Origin: an uncultured Bacilli bacterium | Lineage (GTDB): Bacteria; Bacillota_I; Bacilli_A; RFN20; CAG-826 | NCBI GenBank assembly: GCA_944349405.1 | Contig: CALVMY010000004.1 | Coordinates: 1 to 33,912 of the forward strand | Length of the DNA stretch: 33,912 bases | Reading direction: 5' to 3' | Shown: in pieces, positions 1 through 9,692 of the stretch | Layout of the letters: every line of letters begins with the position of its first letter | Numbering within the stretch: position 1 is the first letter of the stretch | Translations under genes and position numbers: made by a program | The notes under the pieces: model-generated | Told to the model about the DNA's origin: nothing | The model's database searches: none | The model's input: the letters and a program-made list of their open reading frames with translations, nothing else

Positions 1-93
1 GACTTCATTGATAAATTAAATAAATATTTAAAATGGTTTACAGAAAAAAGAATTAAAGTTAGACTATGGAAAAATTTAAAAACTGTCCAATAA
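1..93 (+). CDS. C-terminal fragment of a DDE (rve) transposase, IS3/IS150-like
   Basis: Frame +1 is open from nt 1 to the TAA at 91-93 and gives DFIDKLNKYLKWFTEKRIKVRLWKNLKTVQ*. This resembles the conserved YI.YYN..RIK.KL tail of IS3-family OrfB proteins. Confidence 0.4.
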   Translation, partial: DFIDKLNKYLKWFTEKRIKVRLWKNLKTVQ

Positions 94-123
94 AATGTCC
101 GCATCCCCCAGTTTTCGCACTCA
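1..123 (+). mobile_element. Right end of an IS3-family-like insertion sequence (partial; the element continues left of the window)
   Basis: A transposase-like C-terminal reading frame runs in from the window edge. It is followed by the only GC-rich patch of this leader (ccgcatcccccagttttcgcactca, 99-123), which ends in CA as IS3-family termini do. The element boundary is inferred, not demonstrated. Confidence 0.35.
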
Positions 124-444
124 TAATAAGACATACCAAGTTCAAGTTTTTTTTATATTTCAACATTTTTTCAACATTAGTAATGATTGCAGTCCTAAGG
201 TTATTCTTATTATGCTTTTGTAAAAAATCTTCCTAATTATCATCAAATATTTCTTGAATTTTGATATCTCCTTTTAATTTTAAAGCAAAAAGACAGTTAT
301 TCAATTTCCTTACTGTGTTAATACAAACATCTTTGTTACCTGTTGACCTTGCTTTATTTAGAACATCAAAAAAGTTGCGATAATAGATATCCTTTTTAAA
401 ATTAGAATTTCAAAAATAAGTATTTTGCACAAATAAATTTTATA

Positions 445-476
445 ATAAAAACCGCCGAGCATAAAGCAAGGCGGGA
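445..476 (-). terminator. Rho-independent terminator downstream of the HIT gene
   Basis: The minus strand reads cccgcc-ttgctttatgctc-ggcgg followed by TTTTT. The GC stem is ccgcc (452-456) paired with ggcgg (470-474). Confidence 0.6.
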
Positions 477-519
477 TGACATTAATTTTTAATTAATGGC
501 ATTTTGTTCGATAAATAAG

Positions 520-939
520 CTAAATCTTACCTTTAAATTTTTCAACAATTGAAGGAAGATTTACATCTTTCATTGGTTTATTTTCAATTCTTAAGCCATC
601 ACTAGCGCCATATCGAGGAATAACATGAACATGGAAGTGAGGAATAGCTTGTCCAGCAGCTGGATAACAATTAATTATAATATTAACTCCTTTAGCACCT
701 AATATTTCCATATCTATTTGACCAATTCTTTGAGCGACATTCATTACTTGATTCATAATACTTTTTGGGGTTGATAAATATGAATCAAAATGTCTTTTAG
801 GAACAACTAAAGCGTGGCCATAAGTTAATGGAGCGTTATCTAAAAAAGCGACAACCTCGTCATCTTCATATATTTTTGAAGATGGAATTACACCATCAAC
901 AATTTTACAAAATATGCAATTTGGATCAAATTCTTTCAT
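520..939 (-). CDS. hit: HIT-family (histidine triad) nucleotide hydrolase
   Basis: Contains the HFHVHVIP histidine triad and the typical N-terminus CIFCKIVDG. The start is moved to the ATG at 939, which has a strong RBS (taAGGAGAgaaaaATG). The longer ORF reaching 1038 would read through an upstream terminator hairpin. Confidence 0.9.
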   Translation of the reverse strand: MKEFDPNCIFCKIVDGVIPSSKIYEDDEVVAFLDNAPLTYGHALVVPKRHFDSYLSTPKSIMNQVMNVAQRIGQIDMEILGAKGVNIIINCYPAAGQAIPHFHVHVIPRYGASDGLRIENKPMKDVNLPSIVEKFKGKI

Positions 940-1007
940 TTTTCTCTCCTTATATTTATAAATTAATCTATGTAAATATTTTAATACGTTTGAAGAAGTT
1001 GTGATAA

Positions 1008-1040
1008 TTAAAAATGCCTTTAATTTACTTAAAGGCATTT
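1008..1040 (-). terminator. Terminator hairpin after the 599-aa lipoprotein gene
   Basis: Perfect stem aaatgccttta / taaaggcattt with a 7-nt loop, flanked by an A-run and a T-run. Confidence 0.6.
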
Positions 1041-1060
1041 TATAGATCTTAATTTACTTA

Positions 1061-2860
1061 TTATTCGAATAAATCAGGGAATTCTGTTTCGAAATAATCT
1101 CTTACATCTTCATCGTAATAGTTGATGTTAGATTGTTCAAGATAATAAAGGAGAGCATTATTAGTATAAGTTCCTCCACTTGCTACAGTATAACCAATAT
1201 CACGAGCATAATTTTCAACCGTTTCTTTTTCTTCATCAGTTGAATCACTATTTAAAGCAAGAGTATCTAATGAGACTTGATCAATGATTTCGACAATATA
1301 ATAAGAGTCTTCATTTTGCCATAAAACGCTATCAACATCGCTCATAACAGTGTTGTTTTTTAAGAATACTGGGCCACCTTCTTGGAATTGTTTAACATAA
1401 TATCCATCGACAATATAATTTGTATCTGGATCAGTTGCTCTTTCAAATTCAGTCGCAAGACCATAAGAGAAGAGGTTAGTAATCATATCACTTCCACCAA
1501 GTTCAAGTGAGGAAGAAGTTCCCCATTCATTTGTAACATAATCAGAAGTTTCTAAATTTTTAATTTGGATATCTAAACCTTCTTGTGGTTCATAGGCAAC
1601 TCCATCAATTGAAGTAAATGAAGTGTAGAGTGCACTATCATTTGTTGCAGGGTTATTGCTTAAATGTGAATAGTTTTTAATGATGTCGCCATAAAGTGAA
1701 CCATTATAATAAGGATAATCTTCGCCAGTTTTTTCATCGATATAAAGTTCGAATCCGGAGTCGATTGTGGTTGTTTCTTCGCCATACACTTTTGTAGCAA
1801 GAGCTTTTGCTTCTTCATGATTTCCATCATTTAATTTTTCATGATTTCCTTCCCAAGCATCAATTAATGTTGAGAAATCAATTTCAGCTTCCTTAATTCC
1901 TTTTAATGTATCGTTAATATAAGTTCTAATTAATGGTTGAGCCATTTTATTAGAAGTGTCATTGATACGGATATAATTAACTTTTCTAGCTTGAGTTCTA
2001 CCAATTGATTGATATTGTCTTTCGAAAATATAGGATTCTGTTAAAAGATTTGAAAGGATATCAGGAATAAGTTGAATATTAATATAATCAACATAGTGAT
2101 AGAGGTGTAATAATTGAGTTTCGCCTTCAATTACCATTCTATAATCATCTTCTGGATTATATTCTCGAGTAACTAATTTACCAGTTGTAAATCCAGCATC
2201 TCTAAATTTATCGTTTTCACCAGTTTCTTCAGGATTTTTATAGGTTGGCTCTTCGTAAAGAATTGAAGGATCAACGCTATTTCCGTTCTCATCATAAATT
2301 GTATAAAGTTTTTCATAAACGGATTTAGCATATAAAGATTCGTAGAAACGATTGCCTTTCATATAAGTTGTAACAACAGCTTCATCATATAAAGTTGTTA
2401 CGACTTCTTTTTGAACAAGTTCAAGATAAGCTTCGATTCTTGCTTTATAATCACCAACATTTGAAGTTGAAGGTTCTTCTTCATATTCAACCGAAGTAGC
2501 TGTTGATACCCAGTTCCAATAGAATTTATGTTCGTTAACGAAATCCATAATTGAACTATCGTTATTTAAATCTAAACCTTCAATATAAACAGTACCGTTT
2601 TCATCAACTTTATAATCGCCAATATAGGCTTTTGCGATTGATTCAGTTAGCATGTCTCTAACACTTGAAGAATAATTATCTCCATTTTTAATAGCGTTAA
2701 AGATTTGGTTAATTTCGTTATTTTCAACTTCGACATCGTTTCCGTTTTGATCGACAACAATTGGATCGTCAGGATTTTTCAAATTTGCACTAACTTTTGA
2801 ACAACCAGTGACTAATAAAGCGGCTGATAAAAGTAATAATGTTGTTTTTGCTTTTTTCAT
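1061..2860 (-). CDS. Large acidic lipoprotein, function unknown; distantly related to the upstream PrsA-like lipoprotein
   Basis: Signal peptide plus lipobox MKKAKTTLLLLSAALLVTG|C. The GGAGG RBS overlaps the stop of the upstream gene. It shares a TLIDAW motif and degenerate parvulin-like strings (RKVNYIRIN, GGSDM..NLFSYGLATEF, DSYYIVEIID) with the neighbouring gene. Confidence 0.8.
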   Translation of the reverse strand: MKKAKTTLLLLSAALLVTGCSKVSANLKNPDDPIVVDQNGNDVEVENNEINQIFNAIKNGDNYSSSVRDMLTESIAKAYIGDYKVDENGTVYIEGLDLNNDSSIMDFVNEHKFYWNWVSTATSVEYEEEPSTSNVGDYKARIEAYLELVQKEVVTTLYDEAVVTTYMKGNRFYESLYAKSVYEKLYTIYDENGNSVDPSILYEEPTYKNPEETGENDKFRDAGFTTGKLVTREYNPEDDYRMVIEGETQLLHLYHYVDYINIQLIPDILSNLLTESYIFERQYQSIGRTQARKVNYIRINDTSNKMAQPLIRTYINDTLKGIKEAEIDFSTLIDAWEGNHEKLNDGNHEEAKALATKVYGEETTTIDSGFELYIDEKTGEDYPYYNGSLYGDIIKNYSHLSNNPATNDSALYTSFTSIDGVAYEPQEGLDIQIKNLETSDYVTNEWGTSSSLELGGSDMITNLFSYGLATEFERATDPDTNYIVDGYYVKQFQEGGPVFLKNNTVMSDVDSVLWQNEDSYYIVEIIDQVSLDTLALNSDSTDEEKETVENYARDIGYTVASGGTYTNNALLYYLEQSNINYYDEDVRDYFETEFPDLFE

Positions 2861-2874
2861 AACTTTATTTCCTC

Positions 2875-4851
2875 CTAGTTAGTTCCTTCAGCATTGCCAC
2901 TTCCTGGATTTGTATTTAAAGAAGTTGAGTAGTAGCAGAGTTTTCCTTCACCATAATATTCAGGATCACCGAAGTGAATAGCACATGTTTCAGGAATTAA
3001 TCCGATTTCTCTATTTCTTTCTTGATCCATTAAAGTTGTGTTATATGAATTCCAAGCATCGATTAATGTTTGAGCATTAGATTGTTCTACAGACAACATC
3101 TTGGTGTTGATGTATTGTTCTACCTTTGCTTGAATTGCATCGTCTTTTGCTCTGAAATTACCTTCTGTAACCCAATTGAATAATTGGAAATCTTTTTGAG
3201 TACCAGTATAAGTTTCATATTTTTCACCAATGCCGGTGATGCCTGAATCGGAATTGCCATAAATTCTTTCATTATAACCTTCAACGGTGGTTTGAATAGA
3301 ATTTACATAAGTTTTTAATGGGTTTCCATCTGAATCAGTTGGGAATTCATCGTTATAGTAATAATTACCATTAGCATCTTGACCATTTTGTTCGAGTGGA
3401 TTAACTGGAGCATAATATTCATTTAATTTAACTTCAGCAGTTTCTTGATTTTCTAATGGTGATTTTTCAATTACAACAAAGTGAATACCTGCATTTCCTG
3501 TTTCACTTCTTGAAACTACGATTGGATTTCCTTTTTCATCGCATAATACAGGATAATCTAAACCTGGGATTTCTTGGAAGTGGCTTGCTTCGATGCTTCC
3601 CTCTTCAAACCAAGGTTCCTCGCTTATTAAATAATTTCCATTTTCATCAATATCAGTAAGTTTTGTGATACCGGTATCTGTGTAGGTGTGTTCGTTTGTT
3701 GGATCACTTGAATCAACTTTGTTATTTGTAATAAAACAAATATTGTGTGAGTTGAAATATTTATTGAAAATGATGTTACGTGGATAATAAGAAGCATTTC
3801 CTTCATTAACTGTTAAATCTTGACCTGTTGAAGCATCTTTAACAGTTTCAGTATCTTTATATTGATTTAATAAATCGACTGCTTCGTAAGGGATGTAGGT
3901 AGGCCCAACAGTTAATAATTCTTCCTCGACATCTTGAGGCATTTCAAATTTTGCGACATTTGATTCGAAAGTAGAATTATTTGTTTTTAAATCTTCGTTA
4001 TATAAAGCATCAAATGTATATAAGCCAAGTTTGAATTCGTTAATGAATGCGGTGTCTAAATCCATTAAATGTTCACCATAGTTTGTAGCTGAAGCACTAT
4101 CATCGGTTAATCTTCTTGCAATATCAGCATAAGTATTAGTTTCAGAATCTGATCTTACTAATGCTTCAAATAAGTTATAAAGTTGCCCGGCATCTTCACT
4201 TGAAATTTCTCCAGTTGTGTAGTTTGAAGCATCCGCATCAACTTGGATGAGAATATCTCTAACGTGATATGGTAATTTTGTTTGGATATAACCATTTTCA
4301 CCATAAACCATGTTAAATTCGTTAATTTCTTCTTCGCTAGCATTATCAACTTCAGGATTCCATTGGTTGAATGTGTTATAGAATTCATCACTAACGATTT
4401 CTTTCATAGCATTAACTTCACATTGTAAGTAATATTGATGTTCTCTATCTTCAACACTCATATCACCTACTATGTTTAAAGTATCTTTTAAATAGTCTTC
4501 CCAAGAAGTTCCGGCTGTATCTGCAGCATCTTTTGCTTCATCGACATCTCTATTTGCATCTGCTTGTGCATCGCTTAATTTATCGCTGAATCTACCATTA
4601 GTAAAAACTTCTCTAAGGGCAACCTCATAAATAGCATTATAGTAAGTTTCTGCAGCAGTAGAACCTTGATTTGTTAAATAACGATCAAGAATATCTTGTG
4701 CAGTAATTTCCTCTGTTACGGAGTTACCGTTTGCGGTTTCGTAAGTAAAGTCGATAATGAAATCTTCTTTAGCGGAGATTCCACATCCACTTAATGCTAT
4801 TGTGGAAAAGGCTGATAAGGCTAAAATCATTGATTTAGTACTATTTTTCAT
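2875..4851 (-). CDS. Large lipoprotein with a divergent PrsA-like parvulin (PPIase/foldase) domain interrupted by a long insertion
   Basis: Lipobox STIALSG|C and a SurA_N-like N-terminal region. YHVRDILIQV...TYADIARRLTDDSASATNYGEHLMDLDTAFINEFKLGLYTF matches the PrsA pattern (SHILV...FEDLAKEYSTDSSASKGGDLG...F..AAF). The closing strand AGIHFVVIEK lies about 190 aa further on. Confidence 0.7.
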   Translation of the reverse strand: MKNSTKSMILALSAFSTIALSGCGISAKEDFIIDFTYETANGNSVTEEITAQDILDRYLTNQGSTAAETYYNAIYEVALREVFTNGRFSDKLSDAQADANRDVDEAKDAADTAGTSWEDYLKDTLNIVGDMSVEDREHQYYLQCEVNAMKEIVSDEFYNTFNQWNPEVDNASEEEINEFNMVYGENGYIQTKLPYHVRDILIQVDADASNYTTGEISSEDAGQLYNLFEALVRSDSETNTYADIARRLTDDSASATNYGEHLMDLDTAFINEFKLGLYTFDALYNEDLKTNNSTFESNVAKFEMPQDVEEELLTVGPTYIPYEAVDLLNQYKDTETVKDASTGQDLTVNEGNASYYPRNIIFNKYFNSHNICFITNNKVDSSDPTNEHTYTDTGITKLTDIDENGNYLISEEPWFEEGSIEASHFQEIPGLDYPVLCDEKGNPIVVSRSETGNAGIHFVVIEKSPLENQETAEVKLNEYYAPVNPLEQNGQDANGNYYYNDEFPTDSDGNPLKTYVNSIQTTVEGYNERIYGNSDSGITGIGEKYETYTGTQKDFQLFNWVTEGNFRAKDDAIQAKVEQYINTKMLSVEQSNAQTLIDAWNSYNTTLMDQERNREIGLIPETCAIHFGDPEYYGEGKLCYYSTSLNTNPGSGNAEGTN

Positions 4852-5020
4852 ATCTTTTTCCTTCCATAAATAAAATTGCCATCTTTTGAATAGCGTTTAT
4901 AATTTTATACTATAAGTATAAAAGTTTCAACAAAAGAAAAAATGAGATTTCATATAATATAATTTGAGGGTTTTAATCAATTGTTATAAAATATTTACGC
5001 AAAAAAACCAGGTGAAAAGA

Positions 5021-5854
5021 ATGAAAAGTTTAAAAATTAAAAATTTACATGTCGAAGTAGAAGGAAAAGAAATACTTAAAGGCGTTAATTTAACAATAAA
5101 TGAAGGCGAGATTTTAGCTTTATTAGGTCCTAATGGACATGGCAAATCTACTTTATTAGCTGCAATTATGGGTAACCCTCGTTATAAAGTTACAAAAGGT
5201 GAAATAATATTAGATGATAAAGATGTTTTAAAAATGAGCGTTGATGAAAGAAGTAAAGCTGGTCTATTTTTAGCTTTCCAAAATCCAAGCGAAATTCCTG
5301 GAGTTGTTTCGGCTGACTTTTTTAAAGGGGCTATTAATGCCCATCGTGATAATAAAATTAAATTATTTGAATTTTATCGCTCTTTAGAAACTGCTTGTAA
5401 AGAAGTGAATCTTCCATTTGATATGGTAAATAGAAATTTAAATGATGGATTTAGTGGTGGCGAAAAGAAAAGAAATGAAATTTTACAAATGATTTTATTA
5501 AATCCTAATATTGCTATGCTTGATGAAATTGATTCGGGACTTGATGTTGACGCTATTAATACAGTTTCAGAATGTATTGTGAAACAAAATCGAGAAAAAA
5601 ATACCGGTTTTCTTGTGATATCTCATTATGCAAGACTTTTTGATTTAATTCATCCTTCAAAAGCTGCTGTTATGGTTAATGGAAGAATTGTTACCGAGGG
5701 GGACTCTTCTTTAATTTCCAAGATAGATAAAGAAGGGTATGAATGGATTGAAAAAGAATTGGGCATTTCTATTAAAAAAGAAGATCAACAATCAATGAAT
5801 AAAGTTTCAATAGGCGTTTGTGCAACGAAAGAAGTATTAAAAAATGAAAAATAA
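5021..5854 (+). CDS. sufC: Fe-S cluster assembly ATPase SufC
   Basis: Walker A GPNGHGKST, ABC signature FSGGEKKR and Walker B LDEIDSGLD. The start is taken at the ATG at 5021, preceded by aGGTGAaaaga. The stop overlaps sufD. Confidence 0.95.
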   Translation: MKSLKIKNLHVEVEGKEILKGVNLTINEGEILALLGPNGHGKSTLLAAIMGNPRYKVTKGEIILDDKDVLKMSVDERSKAGLFLAFQNPSEIPGVVSADFFKGAINAHRDNKIKLFEFYRSLETACKEVNLPFDMVNRNLNDGFSGGEKKRNEILQMILLNPNIAMLDEIDSGLDVDAINTVSECIVKQNREKNTGFLVISHYARLFDLIHPSKAAVMVNGRIVTEGDSSLISKIDKEGYEWIEKELGISIKKEDQQSMNKVSIGVCATKEVLKNEK

Positions 5855-6626
5855 GATTACTAGTTATTTTTATGAAGGCGAAAATAAAAACGTTGTCTCT
5901 TTAAAACATGAAGAAACAGCATCTTTTTTAATTCATGATGATAGCAATATTTTGCTAGATATAAATGAGTTTAATGAAAATAACAATGTATCTTTTATTA
6001 TTGGAAATAATTCAAAACTTACTTTGAGATTATTGGTTGTAAACAATTTAGATGACTTAAATATTAAGGTGAATGTTCCACGTGGAAGTAAATTTGATAT
6101 GATTGTTGCAGATTTTTCTGACAAAGTTGAAAAATTTAATACTTTAGTTAGTCTTGAAGGAGAAGATAGTGAAGCAAGCATTCATTTAGCAACTCTTTCT
6201 AAAGAAGGTAACAAGAAAAAATTTAATCTTTCTTTTGATCATAAGGTTGGAAAAACAAAATCTTTAATAGATTGTTATGGAGTAAGTAAAGACTCTTCAT
6301 TAATTAAAATTGACGGTATTTCTCATATTTATGAAAATGCAAATAAGGCTGATGCCACTCAAAAGGTAAGAGTAATACTTTTTGATAAAGAATCAGAAGC
6401 TATTGCCAATCCAATTTTAAAGATTGATTGTAATGATATTAAAGCTCAACATGCTTGTGCTATTGGTTCATTAAGAGAAGAACATTTGTATTATTTGCTT
6501 TCTAGAGGAATCGAAATCAATGAAGCAAGAAGTTTAATTACATTAGGATATTTATTACCAATTGCCCAATATTTTGAAGAGAAAGATGGAGAAAAAATCA
6601 AAGAAATAATTGGAGGTGCTTTTTAA
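5844..6626 (+). CDS. sufD: Fe-S cluster assembly protein SufD (short form, 260 aa)
   Basis: The C-terminal SufBD signature ILKIDCNDIKAQHACAIGSLREEHLYYLLSRGI is present, and the gene sits between sufC and sufS. Confidence 0.85.
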   Translation: MKNKITSYFYEGENKNVVSLKHEETASFLIHDDSNILLDINEFNENNNVSFIIGNNSKLTLRLLVVNNLDDLNIKVNVPRGSKFDMIVADFSDKVEKFNTLVSLEGEDSEASIHLATLSKEGNKKKFNLSFDHKVGKTKSLIDCYGVSKDSSLIKIDGISHIYENANKADATQKVRVILFDKESEAIANPILKIDCNDIKAQHACAIGSLREEHLYYLLSRGIEINEARSLITLGYLLPIAQYFEEKDGEKIKEIIGGAF

Positions 6627-6627
6627 T

Positions 6628-7857
6628 ATGTTAGATGTAAAAAATATAAGAAAAGATTTCCCAATTTTTGAGTATCATAAAAAAGATAAAAAACCTTTAG
6701 TTTATTTAGATAATGCTGCTACAACTTTTAAGCCCTTAGAAGTTATTAATGCTTGTTCAAGATATTATATTGAGGACGGAGCTAATGCTCATCGTGGTGA
6801 TTATGACCTTGCATATCACGTTGATAAAGAAGTCGAACATTGCAGAGAGCATCTTGCAAATTTTTTAAATTGTTTTCCACGTGAAATCGTTTTTACTAGC
6901 GGAACATCGATGTCTATGAATTTAGTTGCTTATGGATATGGAATTAAATATTTAAAAGAAGGAGACGAAATTTTATTGACCGAAGCCGAACATGCATCAA
7001 ATGTTTTACCTTGGTTTAAGGTTAGTGAAACAACGAAAGCAAAAATTAATTATATACCTTTAGATGAAGATGGAAGATGTACACCAGAAGCTTTAAGAAA
7101 AGTTATAACAAAAAATACAAAAGTTGTTTCAATTGCTCAAGTCACAAATGTTTTAGGATTTAAAATTGATATAAAAGAAATGGCGAAAATTGCTCATGAA
7201 TATGGTGCTATTTTAGTATGCGATGGAGCTCAAAGCGTCCCTCACATGGAAATCGATGTTAAAGATTTAGATTGTGATTTTTTCTGTTTAAGTGCTCATA
7301 AGATGTGTGGACCTACTGGAATAGGTGCGCTTTATGGTAAATTTGATTTACTTAGAAAAATGGATCCATTTATGATGGGTGGAGGAGATAATGCTCGCTT
7401 TGATATGTGTGGAAATGTAGCATATTTGGAACCACCTGCTAAATTTGAAGCTGGAACAATGAATATTTCAGCGATTTATGGATTTGATGCTGCTTTAACA
7501 TATTTAGAAAATATCGGTTTAGAAAATATAGAAAAACATGAATCAGAATTAAGAAAATATGCTATTTCTAAATTAAAAGAATTAGATAATGTTATTATTT
7601 ATAATGAAAAAGCTGATGCTGGAATTATAACTTTAAACGTTAAAGGTGTATTTCCTCAAGATGAAGCGTCTTATTTAAACAGCAAAGGGATTTGTGTAAG
7701 AAGTGGTGAACACTGTGCTAAGCTTTTAAAAGATAGATTAAAAACTGTTGGCACGATTCGTGTATCTTTTTATATCTATAATGATAGGGAAGATATTGAT
7801 GCTTTAATTGAAGCTTTAAAAAACGGAGGTAATTTTCTTGATGCTTTCTTTAACTAA
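6628..7857 (+). CDS. sufS: Cysteine desulfurase SufS (class V aminotransferase)
   Basis: Contains LSAHKMCGPTGIG (PLP lysine) and RSGEHCA (catalytic Cys loop). The ATG at 6628 is preceded by a GGAGGTG RBS. Confidence 0.93.
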   Translation: MLDVKNIRKDFPIFEYHKKDKKPLVYLDNAATTFKPLEVINACSRYYIEDGANAHRGDYDLAYHVDKEVEHCREHLANFLNCFPREIVFTSGTSMSMNLVAYGYGIKYLKEGDEILLTEAEHASNVLPWFKVSETTKAKINYIPLDEDGRCTPEALRKVITKNTKVVSIAQVTNVLGFKIDIKEMAKIAHEYGAILVCDGAQSVPHMEIDVKDLDCDFFCLSAHKMCGPTGIGALYGKFDLLRKMDPFMMGGGDNARFDMCGNVAYLEPPAKFEAGTMNISAIYGFDAALTYLENIGLENIEKHESELRKYAISKLKELDNVIIYNEKADAGIITLNVKGVFPQDEASYLNSKGICVRSGEHCAKLLKDRLKTVGTIRVSFYIYNDREDIDALIEALKNGGNFLDAFFN

Positions 7858-8293
7858 TGAAATGAAAAGAGAAATTATAATGGAACATTATAATTCTCCA
7901 AATAATAAGATTGACGACTTTACTTCAATTGAAAATTATCAAAATTTTAAAAAAATAAGAATGGATAGTGATTCTTGTATAGATGATATTACTATTTATT
8001 TAGATATTGTTGATGGAGTAATTAAAAGCGCTTATTTTAGTGGTGTTGCATGTGCTATCTCTACCGCATCGACTGATATTTTATGTGACATGATCAAAGG
8101 AAAAAGTGAAAAAGATGCGTTATATATTATTGAGCAATATAAAAATATGCTTTTTGAAAAAGAATATGACAGTGAAGTTTTAGAAGAATTAAATGCTTTT
8201 AGCGAAACACATAAACAAGCTGCACGTATTAAATGTGCTACATTAGGAGCTGAAGGTATTAATAAGATTATTAATGGAGAAAACGATGAGTAA
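7838..8293 (+). CDS. sufU: SUF-type Fe-S scaffold / sulfur acceptor SufU (NifU/IscU-like)
   Basis: NSPNNK..., conserved cysteines in DSDSCIDD and GVACAIS, and [13 protein letters not shown]. The start is either TTG at 7838 or ATG at 7841, both after GGAGG at 7825-7829. Confidence 0.9.
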   Translation: MMLSLTNEMKREIIMEHYNSPNNKIDDFTSIENYQNFKKIRMDSDSCIDDITIYLDIVDGVIKSAYFSGVACAISTASTDILCDMIKGKSEKDALYIIEQYKNMLFEKEYDSEVLEELNAFSETHKQAARIKCATLGAEGINKIINGENDE

Positions 8294-9689
8294 TAAATTC
8301 GAAGATATCAATTTAGATAATAAAAAATACGATTTCAAGGATGATATTTCCTCCATTTTTACGACCGGAAAAGGTATAAATGAAGACGTTGTAAAAGCTA
8401 TTTCTAGAGCCAAAAATGAGCCTGAATGGATGCTAGAATTTAGACTTGATGCATATAGAAAATTTATTAAAATGCCATTTCCTTCGTTTGGACCTGATGT
8501 TTCTTTTTTGGATTTCGATTCTTTTACTTATTTTAATAGATATTCTTCAAAAGAAGGGAAAAGTTGGGACGAAGTTCCAGAACAAATTAAAGATACTTTT
8601 AATAAATTAGGAATTCCGGAAGCGGAGCAAAAATATTTAGCTGGTGCCTCAACCCAATATGAAAGTGAGATGGTTTATCATAATATGTTAAAAGAAGTTG
8701 AAGAAAAAGGAGTTATTTTTCTTTCAACTGACATGGCTTTACAACTTTATCCTGATTTGGTTAAAAAATATTTTGGAAAAATAGTTAACGTAGCAGATAA
8801 CAAATTTTCAGCCTTAAATGGCGCTGTTTGGAGTGGTGGAAGTTTTATTTATGTTCCAAAAGGTGTTAGATTAGAAAAACCATTACAATCTTATTTTAGA
8901 ATTAATAATGAGAAAACTGGTCAATTTGAACGCACTTTAATAATTGCTGATGAAGGTGCCGATGTTCACTATGTAGAAGGGTGCACGGCACCAATTTATT
9001 CAAAAGAATCCCTTCATGCGGCAGTTGTTGAAATTTTTGTCCATAAAAACGGAAAATGTCGATATTCTACAGTTCAAAATTTGTCGAATAATATCGTTAA
9101 TTTAGTTACAAAAAGAGCTGTTTGTTATGAAAATGCCACCATGGAATGGATTGATGGAAATATTGGAAGTCAAATAAATATGAAATATCCTGCTTGTGTT
9201 TTAAGAGGTGAAGGAAGCAAAGGTCTTTGTATTTCTATTGCTGTTGCTGGAAAAGGTCAATATCAAGATGCCGGAGCTAGAATGATTCATGAAGCTAAAA
9301 ATACTTCATCTTCAATAATTTCTAAATCTATTGTAAAAGATGGAGGAATTTCAAATTATAGAGGAACTGCAAGAATTAAAAAAGAAGCCTTAAATAGTAA
9401 GACACATATTGAATGCGATACTTTGATTTTAGATGATAAATCAAAATCAGATACAATTCCAAAAAACGAGTGCCATAATAATACTTCATTCCTTGAACAT
9501 GAGGCAACAGTATCAAAAATTGACGAAGACCAATTATTTTATTTAATGAGTAGAGGTATTTCAAAAAAAGATGCTACACAAATGATTGTTCTTGGATTTA
9601 TTGAACCATTTTCAAAAGAATTACCAATGGAATATGCTGTTGAATTAAATCAACTTATTAAATTAGACATGGATGGAAGTGTTGGTTAA
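8286..9689 (+). CDS. sufB: Fe-S cluster assembly protein SufB
   Basis: Full-length SufB pattern ([44 protein letters not shown]). The ATG at 8286 follows a GGAGA RBS. An alternative ATG lies at 8274. Confidence 0.93.
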   Translation: MSNKFEDINLDNKKYDFKDDISSIFTTGKGINEDVVKAISRAKNEPEWMLEFRLDAYRKFIKMPFPSFGPDVSFLDFDSFTYFNRYSSKEGKSWDEVPEQIKDTFNKLGIPEAEQKYLAGASTQYESEMVYHNMLKEVEEKGVIFLSTDMALQLYPDLVKKYFGKIVNVADNKFSALNGAVWSGGSFIYVPKGVRLEKPLQSYFRINNEKTGQFERTLIIADEGADVHYVEGCTAPIYSKESLHAAVVEIFVHKNGKCRYSTVQNLSNNIVNLVTKRAVCYENATMEWIDGNIGSQINMKYPACVLRGEGSKGLCISIAVAGKGQYQDAGARMIHEAKNTSSSIISKSIVKDGGISNYRGTARIKKEALNSKTHIECDTLILDDKSKSDTIPKNECHNNTSFLEHEATVSKIDEDQLFYLMSRGISKKDATQMIVLGFIEPFSKELPMEYAVELNQLIKLDMDGSVG

Positions 9690-9692
9690 TAA

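Noticed and set aside
59-400. Minus-strand frame open for about 115 codons apart from one TAG, considered as a pseudogene
   Set aside because: It has no start codon. Its distal half overlaps the putative IS terminal repeat and the transposase stop, so that half is probably spurious. Only the proximal 57 codons remain as a weak remnant candidate, which is kept as a low-interest note in the findings.
940-1038. N-terminal extensions suggested by the ORF track (hit to 1038, sufC from 4964, ribU from 14093, small membrane protein from 15120, cmk from 15463, pduL from 21124)
   Set aside because: In each case an internal ATG with a good RBS gives the canonical protein N-terminus. The extension would cover a terminator hairpin (hit), a riboswitch (ribU) or promoter-like AT-rich DNA.
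3456-4391. Short ORFs 3456..3659 (+) and 4158..4391 (-) inside the 658-aa lipoprotein gene
   Set aside because: They are fully embedded in a much longer ORF that has a signal peptide, lipobox and RBS. They have low-complexity translations and no translation signals.
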